Positions 27,687-38,792 of a DNA stretch of 49,863 nt are shown here, one piece after another. The position numbers were made by a program, and so were the translations under genes. The notes beneath the pieces are model-generated. The model was not told where the DNA came from. It did not search any database and was given only the letters and a program-made list of their open reading frames with translations. Numbering within the stretch: the stretch's first letter is position 1; each line of letters begins with the position of its first letter. The stretch comes from Bradyrhizobium sp. (lineage in GTDB: Bacteria > Pseudomonadota > Alphaproteobacteria > Rhizobiales > Xanthobacteraceae): NCBI RefSeq assembly GCF_016462955.1, contig NZ_JAEMSD010000005.1:1-49863 (forward strand). The letters are read 5' to 3'.

Positions 27687-28733
27687 ATGCTGGCAGATCG
27701 CATCGAGGCAAAATGGATCGACGCATTTTGCGAGATCTTCGAACGTTGCGCTGTCAAGGCCGGGGATACCGCCGCGATCCTCTCTGAAACCCAGTCGCGG
27801 GCGTTAAACGTGCATCTTGCAGAGCTGGCCCTGCTGCGCATGGGGGCGCGTCCGTTTCACGTGGTGATGCCGACACCCCGAAACCGGAATATCGTTCCAG
27901 TTCGCTCCACCGGGGCGAGCGAGGCAATCCAGAAGCTCGGCCCGGTCATCACCGCCCTGCAGCAGGCAGGTTTTGTGGTGGATTGCACCATTGAGGGCCT
28001 GATGCATGCGGTCGAGACACCGGAAATCCTGAAAGCCGGAGCACGGATCCTGGTGATCTCGAACGAGCATCCCGAGGCCCTGGAGCGGATGGTACCGGAT
28101 CCCGCGCTGGAGAAGCGTGTTCGTGCCGCGGCCAAGATGCTGCGCGGGACGAAGCGCATGCGGGTGACCTCCAAAGCCGGCACGGCGCTCGACGTCGACA
28201 TGGTCGGGGCTTCCACTGTCGGTGTGTGGGGCTGGACCGACAAGCCCGGGACGCTGGCGCATTGGCCGGGTGGCATCGTCGTCAGCTTTCCCAAGAGCGG
28301 AACCATCAACGGCACGCTGGTGATGGCGCCCGGCGACATCAACCTGACCTTCAAGCGCTATTTGACCTCGCCGGTGAAGATGACCTTGAAGGACGACTAT
28401 GTCGTCGAGCTGGAAGGCGACGGCACGGACGCCGCGATGATGCGCGCCTATCTCGCCGCATGGGGCGATCGCGAGGCTTATGCGGTCTCGCATGTCGGCT
28501 TCGGCATGAACCCTGGGGCGCGCTATGAGGCGCTCTCGATGTACGACCAGCGCGATACCAACGGCACCGAAATTCGCGCCGTCCCCGGCAATTTCCTGTT
28601 CTCGACCGGCGCGAACGAGTTCGCAGGACGCTACACGGCGGGACATTTCGACCTGCCGATGATGGGAACGACCATTGAGCTCGACGGCGTTGCCGTCGTC
28701 CGTGATGGCGTGCTGCAGGATATCTTCGGCTAG
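27687..28733 (+). CDS. Peptidase-M29-fold protein resembling 2,5-dihydroxypyridine dioxygenase (NicX)
   Basis: LAHWPGG, SHVGFGMN, GNFLFSTG.N, GHFD candidate His/His/Asp metal site. Confidence 0.7.
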   Translation: MLADRIEAKWIDAFCEIFERCAVKAGDTAAILSETQSRALNVHLAELALLRMGARPFHVVMPTPRNRNIVPVRSTGASEAIQKLGPVITALQQAGFVVDCTIEGLMHAVETPEILKAGARILVISNEHPEALERMVPDPALEKRVRAAAKMLRGTKRMRVTSKAGTALDVDMVGASTVGVWGWTDKPGTLAHWPGGIVVSFPKSGTINGTLVMAPGDINLTFKRYLTSPVKMTLKDDYVVELEGDGTDAAMMRAYLAAWGDREAYAVSHVGFGMNPGARYEALSMYDQRDTNGTEIRAVPGNFLFSTGANEFAGRYTAGHFDLPMMGTTIELDGVAVVRDGVLQDIFG

Positions 28734-29722
28734 TTGCGGTCGAGCACCGGGGGGCGCGCCAGATCGAAGTGCCGGAGCAGGTCGACCATGGCCTGAAGCC
28801 GCTTCAGGCGATACGCATCGACGTCCATCCCGGCGTAGTCCAGGAAGCCTGCGCCCGTGCGCAGGCCGATCCGGCCTTTATGCATGTTGCGTGAAATGAC
28901 GTCTGGCGCACGGTAGCGGTCGCTGCCAAGCGCGCCTTCCAGATACCTGCTCGCGTAGTAGAGGATGTCGCCGCCGCCCCAATCGATGAATTCGAGCAGC
29001 CCGAGCACGGCATAGCGGAAACCGAATCCGTAGCGGATCGCCTTGTCGATCTCTTCCGCGCTGGCCACGCCTTCCTCGACCATGCGTGCGGCTTCGTTCA
29101 TTGCCAGCGCCTGGATGCGTGGAACGATAAAGCCGGGCGTCGCGGCGCAGACCACCGGCACCTTCCCGATGCCTTCGAGCAGCGTCTTGACGTCGTCGAT
29201 GACGGTCGGGTCGGTCGCCTTGCCGGGCGAGATTTCGACCAGCGGAATCAAATAGGCCGGGTTGAGCCAATGCACGTTGAGGAAGCGGCGAGGATTGACG
29301 ATCGCGCCGGAGAGATCGTCGACGAGGATCGTCGATGTCGTCGATGCAATGACCGTATCCGGGCTGACTTGCCTTGACGCTGCCGCCAATACCTCGCGCT
29401 TGAGCTCTACCACCTCGGGTACGCCCTCGAAGACCAAGCCGGCCTCGGCCAGTACCGCATCGTGTCCGGAGGCTGCGACGACCGAGACGCGCGCGATAAG
29501 CGGATCGACATCCGCTTCGGCCAAGAGCCCCAGCCTCGACAAGCTGGCAAAAGTCTTCCTGACCTCGCCGAGCGCGTCCGCTTCCAGCCTGGTGAAATCT
29601 TCCGTGGAACGCGTCTTGATATCGATCATTGTGACCCTGTGGCCTGCATAGGCGAACGCGACGGCGATGCCGCGCCCCATGCGACCGGCGCCGAGACAGG
29701 CGATATTGGCGCGATTGGTCAT
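28730..29722 (-). CDS. 3-hydroxyacyl-CoA dehydrogenase
   Basis: GAGRMGRGIA, EGVPE, HWLNP, PGFIVPRIQ. Confidence 0.9.
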   Translation of the reverse strand: MTNRANIACLGAGRMGRGIAVAFAYAGHRVTMIDIKTRSTEDFTRLEADALGEVRKTFASLSRLGLLAEADVDPLIARVSVVAASGHDAVLAEAGLVFEGVPEVVELKREVLAAASRQVSPDTVIASTTSTILVDDLSGAIVNPRRFLNVHWLNPAYLIPLVEISPGKATDPTVIDDVKTLLEGIGKVPVVCAATPGFIVPRIQALAMNEAARMVEEGVASAEEIDKAIRYGFGFRYAVLGLLEFIDWGGGDILYYASRYLEGALGSDRYRAPDVISRNMHKGRIGLRTGAGFLDYAGMDVDAYRLKRLQAMVDLLRHFDLARPPVLDRN

Positions 29723-30813
29723 CGATCAAATCCATTGCGAAGCAGCTTCTGCAATTCGGCCTTGCTGAGCTCGCTGAGCCCGAGCGTCTCGAGCGTCCGG
29801 CCACCTCGCGCAAAGTCCTCGCCGCAGATCGCGCCGCCGATCGACAGGAACGCTTTGGCCAGCGGCGTGGCCACGCCGGCGAGGCTCGCGACCGACACCA
29901 GCAGCGACAGTCCGAGCCGCAGATCCTCGCGCAGGTAGCGGTGCTCGGCCAGGACGATCCGCTCGCGCCAGTCACCCGAATCGGTCAGCCGATCGTGCGA
30001 GCCGCGGCCATACATCCAGATCTCGCCTTCCTTCGCGTAGTGATGAGCGAGCGGGAAATGCGGTGCGCCGTAACCGAGTGCCTCGCGCACCGCGATGCGC
30101 TCGGCGTCGAGCGCGTCTGTGACCCGCCGGATCGCAGCTTGCGTGCCTTCCTTGTGAATGTCCCAGCGCTCGAAATGTTCGATCGGCCCTGCGTTCATCA
30201 CGATCAGCGGCGGATGGATGATCGGGCCTGCATTCATCAGCGCGCCGGACAGGGCGTCTCCGCAGGGCTCGATGACGCCCGGGAAGGCGCGTCCGATGAC
30301 GTCGAGTGCATGCGGCGCCTGATCATGTGGAAACACACCGACCGGCAAGCGCTTGGCGCGGATGGTAATCGCGACCTCGAACGGTCCGTGCTTGCGGGTC
30401 AGCCAGGGCAGCGTGCCGGTCTCGGCAAAGCTGGCCTTGGCGTGGTTGCCGGCATTCCGGACCGCCTGGGCGAAGATCATCGAGCCGAATGTCGCCGGCG
30501 GCAGAAACACGACCTGGCCGTCTCGCAGGTGCGGGGCGAGCAGGCGGGCGATATCCGCTTGTGCGAAGGCGGGAGCGGGACACAAGATCAGCTCCGTGCC
30601 GTCGACCGCTTCGGCGATGTCCGTCGTGACCAGCGCGAGCCTCACGTCGTGACGGCCGTTGTGATCCTTGACCAGGATGCGCGAGCCGGCGGCGCGCTGA
30701 GCCGCAACTTGATCGGCATCGCGGCGCCAGAGCCGCACCTCATGCCCCGACAGGGCAAAATCGCCCGCGGCCGCGAAAGAGCCGTTTCCCCCACCCAGAA
30801 TCGCAATCTTCAA
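29719..30813 (-). CDS. Opine (octopine/nopaline) dehydrogenase-family protein
   Basis: ILGGGNG, AETGTLP, NAGPIIHP, HRYLRED. Confidence 0.85.
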   Translation of the reverse strand: MKIAILGGGNGSFAAAGDFALSGHEVRLWRRDADQVAAQRAAGSRILVKDHNGRHDVRLALVTTDIAEAVDGTELILCPAPAFAQADIARLLAPHLRDGQVVFLPPATFGSMIFAQAVRNAGNHAKASFAETGTLPWLTRKHGPFEVAITIRAKRLPVGVFPHDQAPHALDVIGRAFPGVIEPCGDALSGALMNAGPIIHPPLIVMNAGPIEHFERWDIHKEGTQAAIRRVTDALDAERIAVREALGYGAPHFPLAHHYAKEGEIWMYGRGSHDRLTDSGDWRERIVLAEHRYLREDLRLGLSLLVSVASLAGVATPLAKAFLSIGGAICGEDFARGGRTLETLGLSELSKAELQKLLRNGFDR

Positions 30814-32345
30814 GATGCTTCTCCTTGCGGGCGCGACTGCGCATCAAGCTGCTTCAGCAGGAAATGCTGGACCTTGCCCAGCGCGGTCCGCGGCAGGTCG
30901 GCGACGAAGACGATCTCGCGCGGAACCTTGTAGCGCGCGAGTTGCGCCTGAAGATGCGCCCTTAGTTCTTCCGCTTCCAGCCGGCAGCCTGATTTCGCAA
31001 TGACATAGGCGATCGGCACCTCGTCCCAGCGCGGGTCCGGCCGGCCGATCACGGCGCATTCGCTGACGTCAGGGTGCTCGAGCAGGACGCGCTCGACCTC
31101 GGCCGGATAGACGTTCTCGCCGCCGGAAATGATCATGTTCTTCTTGCGGTCGCGGACCCAGAAATAGCCGTCCGCGTCGTAAAGGCCGATATCGCCGGTG
31201 CGATACCAGCCGTCGTGCAACGCCTCGCGCGTTGCGCCCTCGTTACCCCAATATTCGAAGAACACGTTTGGGCCGCGCACCGCGATCTCGCCCGGCGTGC
31301 CCGCAGGCAGTTCGTTGCCGGCCCGGTCGATCACTTTCGCCTCGCAGCACAGGCCGGCAAGGCCGGTCGATCCCGTGCGCGAAAGATCGCCGCCGAGGCG
31401 GGTGTAGACCGCGATGGGGCAGGTTTCTGTCGAGCCGTAGACCTGAAGCACAGGAACGCCACGCGCGACGAAGCGCTCGATCAGGTGCGGCGCCACGATC
31501 GTCGAGCCGGTGGCGACGGCCTTGAGTGAAGAGAGATCGGCGGCCGCCCAGGCGGGATGCTCGCTTACCGCCTGGATGACCGCAGGCACCATGACTGTGA
31601 GCGTCGGCCGGTCCTGCTCGATAGTGGCAAGCGCAGTATCCGGCGTGAAGCGTGCGTGCACTGTCACAGTGGCACCCAGTTGGAGCGCCGGCGTGGTCTG
31701 GATGTTGAGGCCGCCGACGTGGAAGAACGGCAGCACCGTCAGCACGTGATCATCGGACGTCATGTTGTGCATGTGCTGGCTCATGACGCCGTTCCAGAAC
31801 AGCGCGTTCTGCCGCAGCACGGCGCCTTTAGGCCGTCCGGTCGTTCCCGATGTATAGACGATGAGCAGCGGGCAGGAAAGATCGGTGTGCGGATTGCGGC
31901 TGGTGCCGCTGCTCCTAGCCAGCAGAGCTTCGAACGACGTGCCGGCCGGCGGCGTGAAGTCGAGGCCTACGACGGATGGTCCCGGAGCGGTCTGCCCAAG
32001 CTCGGCCAGCATTCCGGAAAACGCCTCCTCGAGCATGAGAACCTTGGCTCCGGCATCGCTCAGGATGAATAGCTGCTCGGCGACCGCCAGCCGCCAGTTC
32101 AGCGGTACCAGAATCGCCCCGAGGCGCGCGCATGCATAGAGCAGAACCAGGTAATCCGGCCTGTTCAGGCTGAGGATTGCGACACGGTCGCCGCGGCCGA
32201 CGCCGAGCTCGCCCTTCAAGGCTGTCGCGGTTCGTTCGATGCGCGCGGCGAACTCGGCATAGCTCAGCCGCTTCCCCTCGAAGGCAATGGCGGTCTTGTC
32301 CGGCGCAAACGCCGCGTTCCGCTCGATCAGACTGCAGAGGTCCAC
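30810..32345 (-). CDS. Acyl-CoA synthetase (AMP-forming)
   Basis: YTSGTTGRPKG, YGSTE, YRTGD, GGENVYP. Confidence 0.92.
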   Translation of the reverse strand: MDLCSLIERNAAFAPDKTAIAFEGKRLSYAEFAARIERTATALKGELGVGRGDRVAILSLNRPDYLVLLYACARLGAILVPLNWRLAVAEQLFILSDAGAKVLMLEEAFSGMLAELGQTAPGPSVVGLDFTPPAGTSFEALLARSSGTSRNPHTDLSCPLLIVYTSGTTGRPKGAVLRQNALFWNGVMSQHMHNMTSDDHVLTVLPFFHVGGLNIQTTPALQLGATVTVHARFTPDTALATIEQDRPTLTVMVPAVIQAVSEHPAWAAADLSSLKAVATGSTIVAPHLIERFVARGVPVLQVYGSTETCPIAVYTRLGGDLSRTGSTGLAGLCCEAKVIDRAGNELPAGTPGEIAVRGPNVFFEYWGNEGATREALHDGWYRTGDIGLYDADGYFWVRDRKKNMIISGGENVYPAEVERVLLEHPDVSECAVIGRPDPRWDEVPIAYVIAKSGCRLEAEELRAHLQAQLARYKVPREIVFVADLPRTALGKVQHFLLKQLDAQSRPQGEAS

Positions 32346-32347
32346 CG

Positions 32348-33637
32348 TCAGTCGTCCGTCTCACCCGCCTCGTAGAGCGCCTCGCGCCCGATCCGGTCGA
32401 GGCAGAGCTCGGCGGTCCAGGGCAGCATCAGCGAGCCGCAGCGGCTGTCGCGATAGATCCGTTCCAGCGGCAGCGACCGCAGCATGGCCTGACCGCCGCA
32501 GGTGCGGATCGCGAGCGCGGCGAGTTCATTGGCGCCTTCCATCACCGAATATTGCGCGGCATAGGCGCGCAGAACCTGCTCCTTGCTCGGATTGGCGCAG
32601 GCTTCGGTGACAGCCTGGAACCAGATCGCCTTGATCTGTTCCAGCTTGATCTGCATCTGCGCGACCGCGATCTGCTTGGTCGGGTACATCCGGCGCTTGA
32701 CCGAGGGCATGCCCGGCACCTCACCGCGCAAATAGCTTACGGTGAAATCATAGGCGGCTTGCGCCAGGCCCATATAGGTCGGCGACAGCGTCAGGAACAT
32801 GTGCGGCCAGCGTTGAGCTGCCTGGAAATAGACGCCGCGCGGCATCAGCGCGGAATCCTCCGGCACGAACACGTCCTTGAACAGCAGCGTCCGCGAGACT
32901 GTGCCGCGCATGCCAAGCGGATCCCAGTCGCCCACCACCGAGACGCCGTCTGATTTCGCTGATATCGCCAAGTAAAGCGTGTTGCGGCGCGAGGCCTTCT
33001 CGCCCTCCTCGATCTCGGTGCAAAGCACGCCATAGTAATCGGCATGGCCGGAGAGCGAAGCAAAGATCTTCTTGCCGTTGACGATCCAGCCGCCGGCGAC
33101 CGGCCTTGCTTCGGTGCCGAAAGCGACGCCGCCCGCAGCGGCAGCGCCGCCCTCGGAGAACGGCTGCGAGTAGATCGCCCCGTCGTCGACGATGCGTTTG
33201 TAGTGGACCGCACGGCGCCGCTCGTGTTCGGCGCGCGTTTCTGCATCCATGTCGAGATCGTCGGCAAGGGGGCCCGACCACAGAGTCGAGCAGACATGCA
33301 TGTTCCAGGTGAGCGCGGTCGCGCCGCAATAGCGGCCGATCTCGGCCGCCGCCAAGGCATAGGTCTGGTAGTTCGCGCCGAGTCCGCCATGCTTCTTGGG
33401 GACGGCGATGCCGAGCAGCCCGACGCGATGCAGGTCGCGATAGTTTTCGGTCGGGAAGATCGCCTCGCGATCGTAAGTAGCGGCGCGACCTGCAAATACG
33501 GTCTGGCCGATCTCCCTTGCCCGGGCGATGATGCCGGCCTGTTCGTCGCTCAAGCGAAATGCAATGGGATCGAAGATCGGTGCATCCAGCGCGACCTTCT
33601 CAGTCGTACCGATCGTCTTGCTGACTTGCATGGTCAT
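32348..33637 (-). CDS. Acyl-CoA dehydrogenase-family protein
   Basis: NGKKIFAS, WDPLGMRGTVS, LERIYRDSR. Confidence 0.88.
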   Translation of the reverse strand: MTMQVSKTIGTTEKVALDAPIFDPIAFRLSDEQAGIIARAREIGQTVFAGRAATYDREAIFPTENYRDLHRVGLLGIAVPKKHGGLGANYQTYALAAAEIGRYCGATALTWNMHVCSTLWSGPLADDLDMDAETRAEHERRRAVHYKRIVDDGAIYSQPFSEGGAAAAGGVAFGTEARPVAGGWIVNGKKIFASLSGHADYYGVLCTEIEEGEKASRRNTLYLAISAKSDGVSVVGDWDPLGMRGTVSRTLLFKDVFVPEDSALMPRGVYFQAAQRWPHMFLTLSPTYMGLAQAAYDFTVSYLRGEVPGMPSVKRRMYPTKQIAVAQMQIKLEQIKAIWFQAVTEACANPSKEQVLRAYAAQYSVMEGANELAALAIRTCGGQAMLRSLPLERIYRDSRCGSLMLPWTAELCLDRIGREALYEAGETDD

Positions 33638-33649
33638 CGCGCAGTTACC

Positions 33650-34465
33650 TCAAGCTGTGGTCGCGAGTGCGTTCAGAAACCGGCCGAGAGCTTCGTTGAA
33701 GGCGCCGGGCCGTTCGAGATTGGCGAGATGACCAACCCCGGCGAGCTCGACATACTCTGCCCCTGGAATGAAGGTGGCCGTCTTCGCCATCATCGGTGCG
33801 GGGGCGTTGTTGTCCTTGGAGCCGGACAACAGCAGCGCCGGGACGGAGATATCCCCAAGCGTGCTGCGCTGATCGAAGCCGATCAGCGCGAGCATCATGG
33901 CGCGATAGCTTGCCTCGGGCACGCTTCCCATGCATTCGCGCGCCAGCTCCATCCCGTCCGGATCGGGATCGTCGCCGACAAGTTCCTTCACCAGGGAGGG
34001 GGCCAATGACTTCATCGTCTCCCCGCGATCCAGCGGTCCGAGCCGCGCCGCGATGAATGATTTTTGCCAATCGCCATCAGCCTTCCCGAAGGCCGGGCTG
34101 GTCTGCGCCAGCACGACCGCGCGTGCCAGTTTGGGGGACTGCACCAGCCACTTCTGAACGATCATGCCGCCGATCGAATGGCCAACCACGATGGGTCTGG
34201 TTGCGCCGAGCTGGTCGATGAACTGCTGGAGCGCTTCCGCCAGGGCAGCGATGCTGACGCTTGCAAGCGGCGCCGAACCACCGTAGCCCGGCATGTCCCA
34301 TGCGATCGCGCGAAAGCGGTTGTTCAATGCAGCAAGCTGTCGACGCCAGGCCCGCGCCGCGCCGCCGATGCCGTGCAGGAAGATCAACGGTGTAGCGTTC
34401 GGGTCGCCCGCGGCTTCGTAGGCGAAGCGTCCGTCCTTTGTTATCATTGGCACAGGCTGCGACAC
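33650..34465 (-). CDS. Alpha/beta hydrolase
   Basis: FLHGIGG, WDMPGYGGS, GHSIGG nucleophile elbow, GHL. Confidence 0.9.
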   Translation of the reverse strand: MSQPVPMITKDGRFAYEAAGDPNATPLIFLHGIGGAARAWRRQLAALNNRFRAIAWDMPGYGGSAPLASVSIAALAEALQQFIDQLGATRPIVVGHSIGGMIVQKWLVQSPKLARAVVLAQTSPAFGKADGDWQKSFIAARLGPLDRGETMKSLAPSLVKELVGDDPDPDGMELARECMGSVPEASYRAMMLALIGFDQRSTLGDISVPALLLSGSKDNNAPAPMMAKTATFIPGAEYVELAGVGHLANLERPGAFNEALGRFLNALATTA

Positions 34466-34527
34466 GCGACATCCTTTTGCTTGGCCCTGTGATGCTAACA
34501 GGCCCGTAGGCGATGGGAAGCGATAAT

Positions 34528-34607
34528 TTTATGCTTAAAGCAATTTCCGGGCCGCATTCGTCGCAGCGTCCGGGCGCCTCTCTCGTTGCAAAAATTTGAA
34601 GGTTAAA
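34528..34607. promoter_or_regulatory. Two candidate operator sites in a divergent promoter
   Basis: TTTATGCTTAAA (34528) and TTGAAGGTTAAA (34596). Confidence 0.55.
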
Positions 34608-34649
34608 ATATATCCGGAGAACGCAACGAGATCCGAGGGAGCCCAGCGC

Positions 34650-35411
34650 ATGTCCGGATTGCCGCATTCGCCGCACGCCCTGGTGACCGGTGGCGGTCGC
34701 GGCATTGGCCGCGCGATCGCCGCGTCTCTCGTTGGCGCCGGCGCGACCGTCACCGTGCTTGGCCGGAACGCGGCTAGCCTCGACGAAGCGGTCCATGCAG
34801 GCGCCGCGCACTTTGCGGCTGTCGCCGATGTCTCGAATGAATCATCTCTGAAAGCTGCCATTGCCGGCGCGAGTGCCCGTCAGCCGATCGACATCCTGAT
34901 CGCCAACGCGGGCAGCGCTGAATCGGCGCCATTTTTGAAGTCGGACTCCGCCCTTTTCGCGCGCATGATGGATGTCAATTTCATGGGCGTGGTTCACGCC
35001 GTCCGTGCCGTGCTGCCGGGCATGAAAGATCGTCCTTACGGCCGCATCGTCGCAGTCGCCTCGACGGCTGGGCTCAAGGGCTACGCCTATGTCAGCGCTT
35101 ATGCTGCGGCGAAGCACGCCGTCATCGGGCTAGTGCGTTCGCTCGCGCTCGAGATGGCTGCAAGCAATGTGACCGTGAATGCCGTGTGTCCCGGCTTCAC
35201 CGACACGGACCTGGTCGCCGGCAGCATCGAAAACATCATGAGGAAGACAGGCAGAACGCGCGAGCAGGCGATCGCCGAACTGGCGAAACACAATCCGCAA
35301 GGGCGCCTAATCACGCCGCAGGAGGTGGCCGACGCGGTGCTCTGGCTGTGCGGCGAGGGCGCCGGCGCCATCACCGGACAGGCGATCGCAATTGCGGGCG
35401 GTGAAATCTAG
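34650..35411 (+). CDS. SDR-family oxidoreductase
   Basis: TGGGRGIG, NAG, YAAAK. Confidence 0.92.
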   Translation: MSGLPHSPHALVTGGGRGIGRAIAASLVGAGATVTVLGRNAASLDEAVHAGAAHFAAVADVSNESSLKAAIAGASARQPIDILIANAGSAESAPFLKSDSALFARMMDVNFMGVVHAVRAVLPGMKDRPYGRIVAVASTAGLKGYAYVSAYAAAKHAVIGLVRSLALEMAASNVTVNAVCPGFTDTDLVAGSIENIMRKTGRTREQAIAELAKHNPQGRLITPQEVADAVLWLCGEGAGAITGQAIAIAGGEI

Positions 35412-35453
35412 CGCGTGTGTGCAGACGCGGAACAGGGAATCCTAGGAGATCGC

Positions 35454-36290
35454 ATGAGCAGACCAGCCAATCCCGTCACCCTCCCGCTTGCAGATTATTC
35501 GCCGCAGCATTTCCTGCTGGCGGTGGTCGACGGTGTTGCGACGGTGACGCTCAATCGGCCCGAGCGGAAGAATCCGCTGACGTTCGAAAGCTACCGGGAA
35601 CTGACCGATTTCTTCCGCGCCTGCGCCTTCGACGATGCGGTCAAATCCATCGTCGTCACCGGCGCCGGAGGCAATTTTTCGTCGGGCGGGGACGTGTTCG
35701 AGATCATCGGCCCACTCGTGAAGATGGACACCAAGGGGTTGACCGCCTTCACGCGGATGACCGGCGACCTCGTCAAGGCGATGCGGGCCTGCCCGCAGCC
35801 GATCGTGGCCGCGGTTGAAGGTATCTGCGCCGGGGCAGGGGCGATCATCGCCATGGCATCGGACATGCGTCTCGCCGCAAGCGGGGCCAAGGTGGCGTTT
35901 CTGTTCAACAAGGTCGGCCTTGCCGGCTGCGACATGGGCGCCTGCGCCATCCTGCCCCGGATCATCGGGCAATCCCGCGCCTCGGAACTGCTCTACACGG
36001 GCCGGTTCATGACCGCGGAGGAGGGGGAGCGCTGGGGCTTCTTCAGCCGAATCGTCACGCCGGAGCAGGTGCTGCCCCAAGCGCAAGTTCTTGCGAAGCA
36101 GATTGCGGAAGGGCCGACCTTCGCCAACACCATGACCAAGCGGATGCTGGCGATGGAATGGGCGATGTCGGTGGAGGAGGCGATCGAGGCGGAGGCCGTT
36201 GCCCAAGCCCTGTGCATGACCACGGCGGATTTCGAGCGTGCCTTCGAGGCTTTCGCCAGTAAGGTCAAGCCGGTGTTCAGGGGCGATTAG
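35454..36290 (+). CDS. Enoyl-CoA hydratase-family protein
   Basis: [22 protein letters not shown]. Confidence 0.92.
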   Translation: MSRPANPVTLPLADYSPQHFLLAVVDGVATVTLNRPERKNPLTFESYRELTDFFRACAFDDAVKSIVVTGAGGNFSSGGDVFEIIGPLVKMDTKGLTAFTRMTGDLVKAMRACPQPIVAAVEGICAGAGAIIAMASDMRLAASGAKVAFLFNKVGLAGCDMGACAILPRIIGQSRASELLYTGRFMTAEEGERWGFFSRIVTPEQVLPQAQVLAKQIAEGPTFANTMTKRMLAMEWAMSVEEAIEAEAVAQALCMTTADFERAFEAFASKVKPVFRGD

Positions 36291-36338
36291 GCGCTCCACT
36301 TTGCGGCGGCCAACCCGCAGCGGGGACTTGCGCGGAAT

Positions 36339-36356
36339 TATTTTAGGCTTAAAATA
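36339..36356. promoter_or_regulatory. Candidate MarR operator palindrome
   Basis: TATTTTAGGCTTAAAATA, near-perfect inverted repeat 33 nt before the 36390 start. Confidence 0.65.
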
Positions 36357-36389
36357 GTTTTCATGGCCGGGTGAATTGGCGAGGCTCCC

Positions 36390-38741
36390 ATGAAAGTCGC
36401 GATCATCGGTGGCGGACCTGCGGGTCTCTACGCTGCAATCCTGCTCAAGAAGCAGCGCCCAAACGCCGACATCACGGTCTATGAGCGCAACCGGGCCGAC
36501 GACACTTTCGGCTTCGGCGTGGTGTTCTCGGACGCGACGCTGGACAATTTCGAGAAGCACGATCTTCCGAGCTACCGGCGCATCACGCAGGAGTTCGCCT
36601 ACTGGGACGACATCGCCGTGCATTTCCGCGGCACGGTGCATCGCGTCGGTGGCAACGGCTTTTGCGGCTGTTCGCGGCAGAAGTTGCTCCTGATCCTCCA
36701 GGAGCGTGCACGCGAGCTCGGCGTCGCGTTGCATTTCGAGGTGGATATCGACGACGAGTCCCGCTTCGCCGATGCCGATCTCGTGCTGCTCGCCGACGGC
36801 ATCAACAGCCGCTTCCGCGAGAAGTACGCCGATCATTACCAGCCGGAGGTCGACGTCCGCGCCAACAAGTTCGCCTGGATGGGCTCGACCAGGCCGCTTG
36901 ATGCCTTCACCTTCATCTTCCAGGAGACGGAGTGGGGGCCGTTCATCGCCCATGCCTATCAGTATGAGGCCGGGCACTCCACCTGGATCTTCGAGACCGA
37001 CCCAGAAACATTCGAGCGCGCGGGGCTGACGGGGCTGGACGAGACGCAGTCCGCCGCGCGGATGGCGGACATCTTCGACTGGTTTCTGGATGGACACAAG
37101 CTGCTCACCAACCGCTCGATGTGGCGCAATTTTCCGATGATCCGCAGCAAGCGCTGGGTCAAGGACAACATGGTCCTGCTCGGCGATGCCAAGGCCAGCG
37201 CCCATTTCTCGATCGGCTCCGGCACTAAGCTCGCGATGGAAGATGCCATTGCGCTCGCCGAGGCGATGGAGAAGGCGCCTGGCGTCAAGGCGGCGCTGGA
37301 TCTCTACGAGCACGGCCGCCGTGAGGAGGTCGAGAAGACGCAGCATGCCGCCGACGTCTCGCTGGTCTGGTTCGAGCATGTCGACCGTTTCTGGGATTTC
37401 GACGCGGTGCAGTTCGCCTTCGGCGTCATGACGCGCTCGAAGGCGATCACCTATGACAATCTGAAGCTCCGTGCGCCGGATTTCGTGGCCGAAGTCGAAA
37501 CGTCATTTGCCAAACGGGTTCGCGACAGCGGCTTCGACGTCGATACGGAGGAGCCGGCGGTGCCGCTGTTCCAGCCGTTTCGCCTGCGCGAGATGGAGAT
37601 CGCCAATCGCGCGGTGATGTCGCCGATGTGCATGTACTCGGCGAAGGAAGGCGTCCCGACCGATTTCCACCTCGTGCATTACGGCTCGCGTGCAATCGGT
37701 GGCGCAGGCCTGATCTTCACGGAGATGACCTGCGTCGGCCCGGAGGCCCGGATCACCCCTGGCTGCGCCGGCCTCTGGAACGACGAGCAGGAAGCCACAT
37801 GGCGGCGCATCGTCGACTTCGTCCACGGTAACTCGGCTGCAAAGATCTGCCTGCAGCTGGGGCACGCCGGCCGCAAGGGCGCGACCAAGCTGATGTGGGA
37901 TGGCATGGACCGGCCGCTGGAGCAGGGCGGCTGGGATATCGTTTCGGCATCGCCCTTGCCCTATTTCCCCGACAGTCAGGTCCCGCGCGAACTCGATCGC
38001 GCCGGCATGATTGCAGTGAGGGACGCCTTCGTTGCGGCCGCCGAGCGCGGCGAGCGCTGCGGCTTCGACATGCTCGAATTGCACTGCGCCCATGGTTATC
38101 TGCTCGCGAGCTTCATCTCGCCTCTGACCAATACCCGTACGGACGAATATGGCGGCTCGCTCGAAAACCGTCTGCGGTTCCCGCTCGAGGTTTTCGAAGC
38201 GCTGCGCGCGGTGTGGCCGTCGCGCAAGCCGATGTCGGTGCGCATCTCCGCGACCGATTGGGCTGACGGCGGCATCACCGGCGATGATGCCGTCGCCATC
38301 TCACGCGCCTTTGCCGAGGCAGGTGTCGATCTCGTCGACGTCTCGACCGGCCAGACCGTACGCGATGCACAGCCGATCTACGGGCGCATGTTCCAGACAC
38401 CCTTCTCCGACCAGGTTCGCAACGAGGCGCGCGTTGCTACGATGTGCGTCGGCAACATCACAACGGCTGACCAGGCCAACACCATCCTGGCAGCCGGCCG
38501 GGCCGATCTCGTCGCCCTCGGCCGTCCCCATCTTGTCGACCCCTCCTTCACCATGAGGGCGGCGGCGTGGTACGGGGCGAACGACACGTTCTGTCCCCCG
38601 CAATATCTGCCCGGGAAAGACCAGATTTTCCGCAACAGCGTGCGCGACCGGCAGGATCTGGAGGAGCTGCGAATTAAGGCTAAGCCCAAGACCCGGGCCG
38701 AGCTGAAGGCGGAGGCGACAAAGCCGCTTGCGGCGGAGTGA
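36390..38741 (+). CDS. abmA: 2-aminobenzoyl-CoA monooxygenase/reductase (salicylyl-CoA 5-hydroxylase family)
   Basis: N-terminal FAD monooxygenase ([31 protein letters not shown]) fused to an Old-Yellow-Enzyme domain ([15 protein letters not shown]). Confidence 0.88.
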   Translation: MKVAIIGGGPAGLYAAILLKKQRPNADITVYERNRADDTFGFGVVFSDATLDNFEKHDLPSYRRITQEFAYWDDIAVHFRGTVHRVGGNGFCGCSRQKLLLILQERARELGVALHFEVDIDDESRFADADLVLLADGINSRFREKYADHYQPEVDVRANKFAWMGSTRPLDAFTFIFQETEWGPFIAHAYQYEAGHSTWIFETDPETFERAGLTGLDETQSAARMADIFDWFLDGHKLLTNRSMWRNFPMIRSKRWVKDNMVLLGDAKASAHFSIGSGTKLAMEDAIALAEAMEKAPGVKAALDLYEHGRREEVEKTQHAADVSLVWFEHVDRFWDFDAVQFAFGVMTRSKAITYDNLKLRAPDFVAEVETSFAKRVRDSGFDVDTEEPAVPLFQPFRLREMEIANRAVMSPMCMYSAKEGVPTDFHLVHYGSRAIGGAGLIFTEMTCVGPEARITPGCAGLWNDEQEATWRRIVDFVHGNSAAKICLQLGHAGRKGATKLMWDGMDRPLEQGGWDIVSASPLPYFPDSQVPRELDRAGMIAVRDAFVAAAERGERCGFDMLELHCAHGYLLASFISPLTNTRTDEYGGSLENRLRFPLEVFEALRAVWPSRKPMSVRISATDWADGGITGDDAVAISRAFAEAGVDLVDVSTGQTVRDAQPIYGRMFQTPFSDQVRNEARVATMCVGNITTADQANTILAAGRADLVALGRPHLVDPSFTMRAAAWYGANDTFCPPQYLPGKDQIFRNSVRDRQDLEELRIKAKPKTRAELKAEATKPLAAE

Positions 38742-38792
38742 CCGCCCGTGCGACGTTAACCCATTGCCTGTGTTTCGAGTGGAGTTAGGGCG

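Noticed and set aside
35442-37379. 645-aa minus-strand ORF and other long antisense ORFs (e.g. 58..882, 42554..43708)
   Set aside because: Shadow frames opposite well-supported genes in high-GC DNA, with no recognisable motifs.
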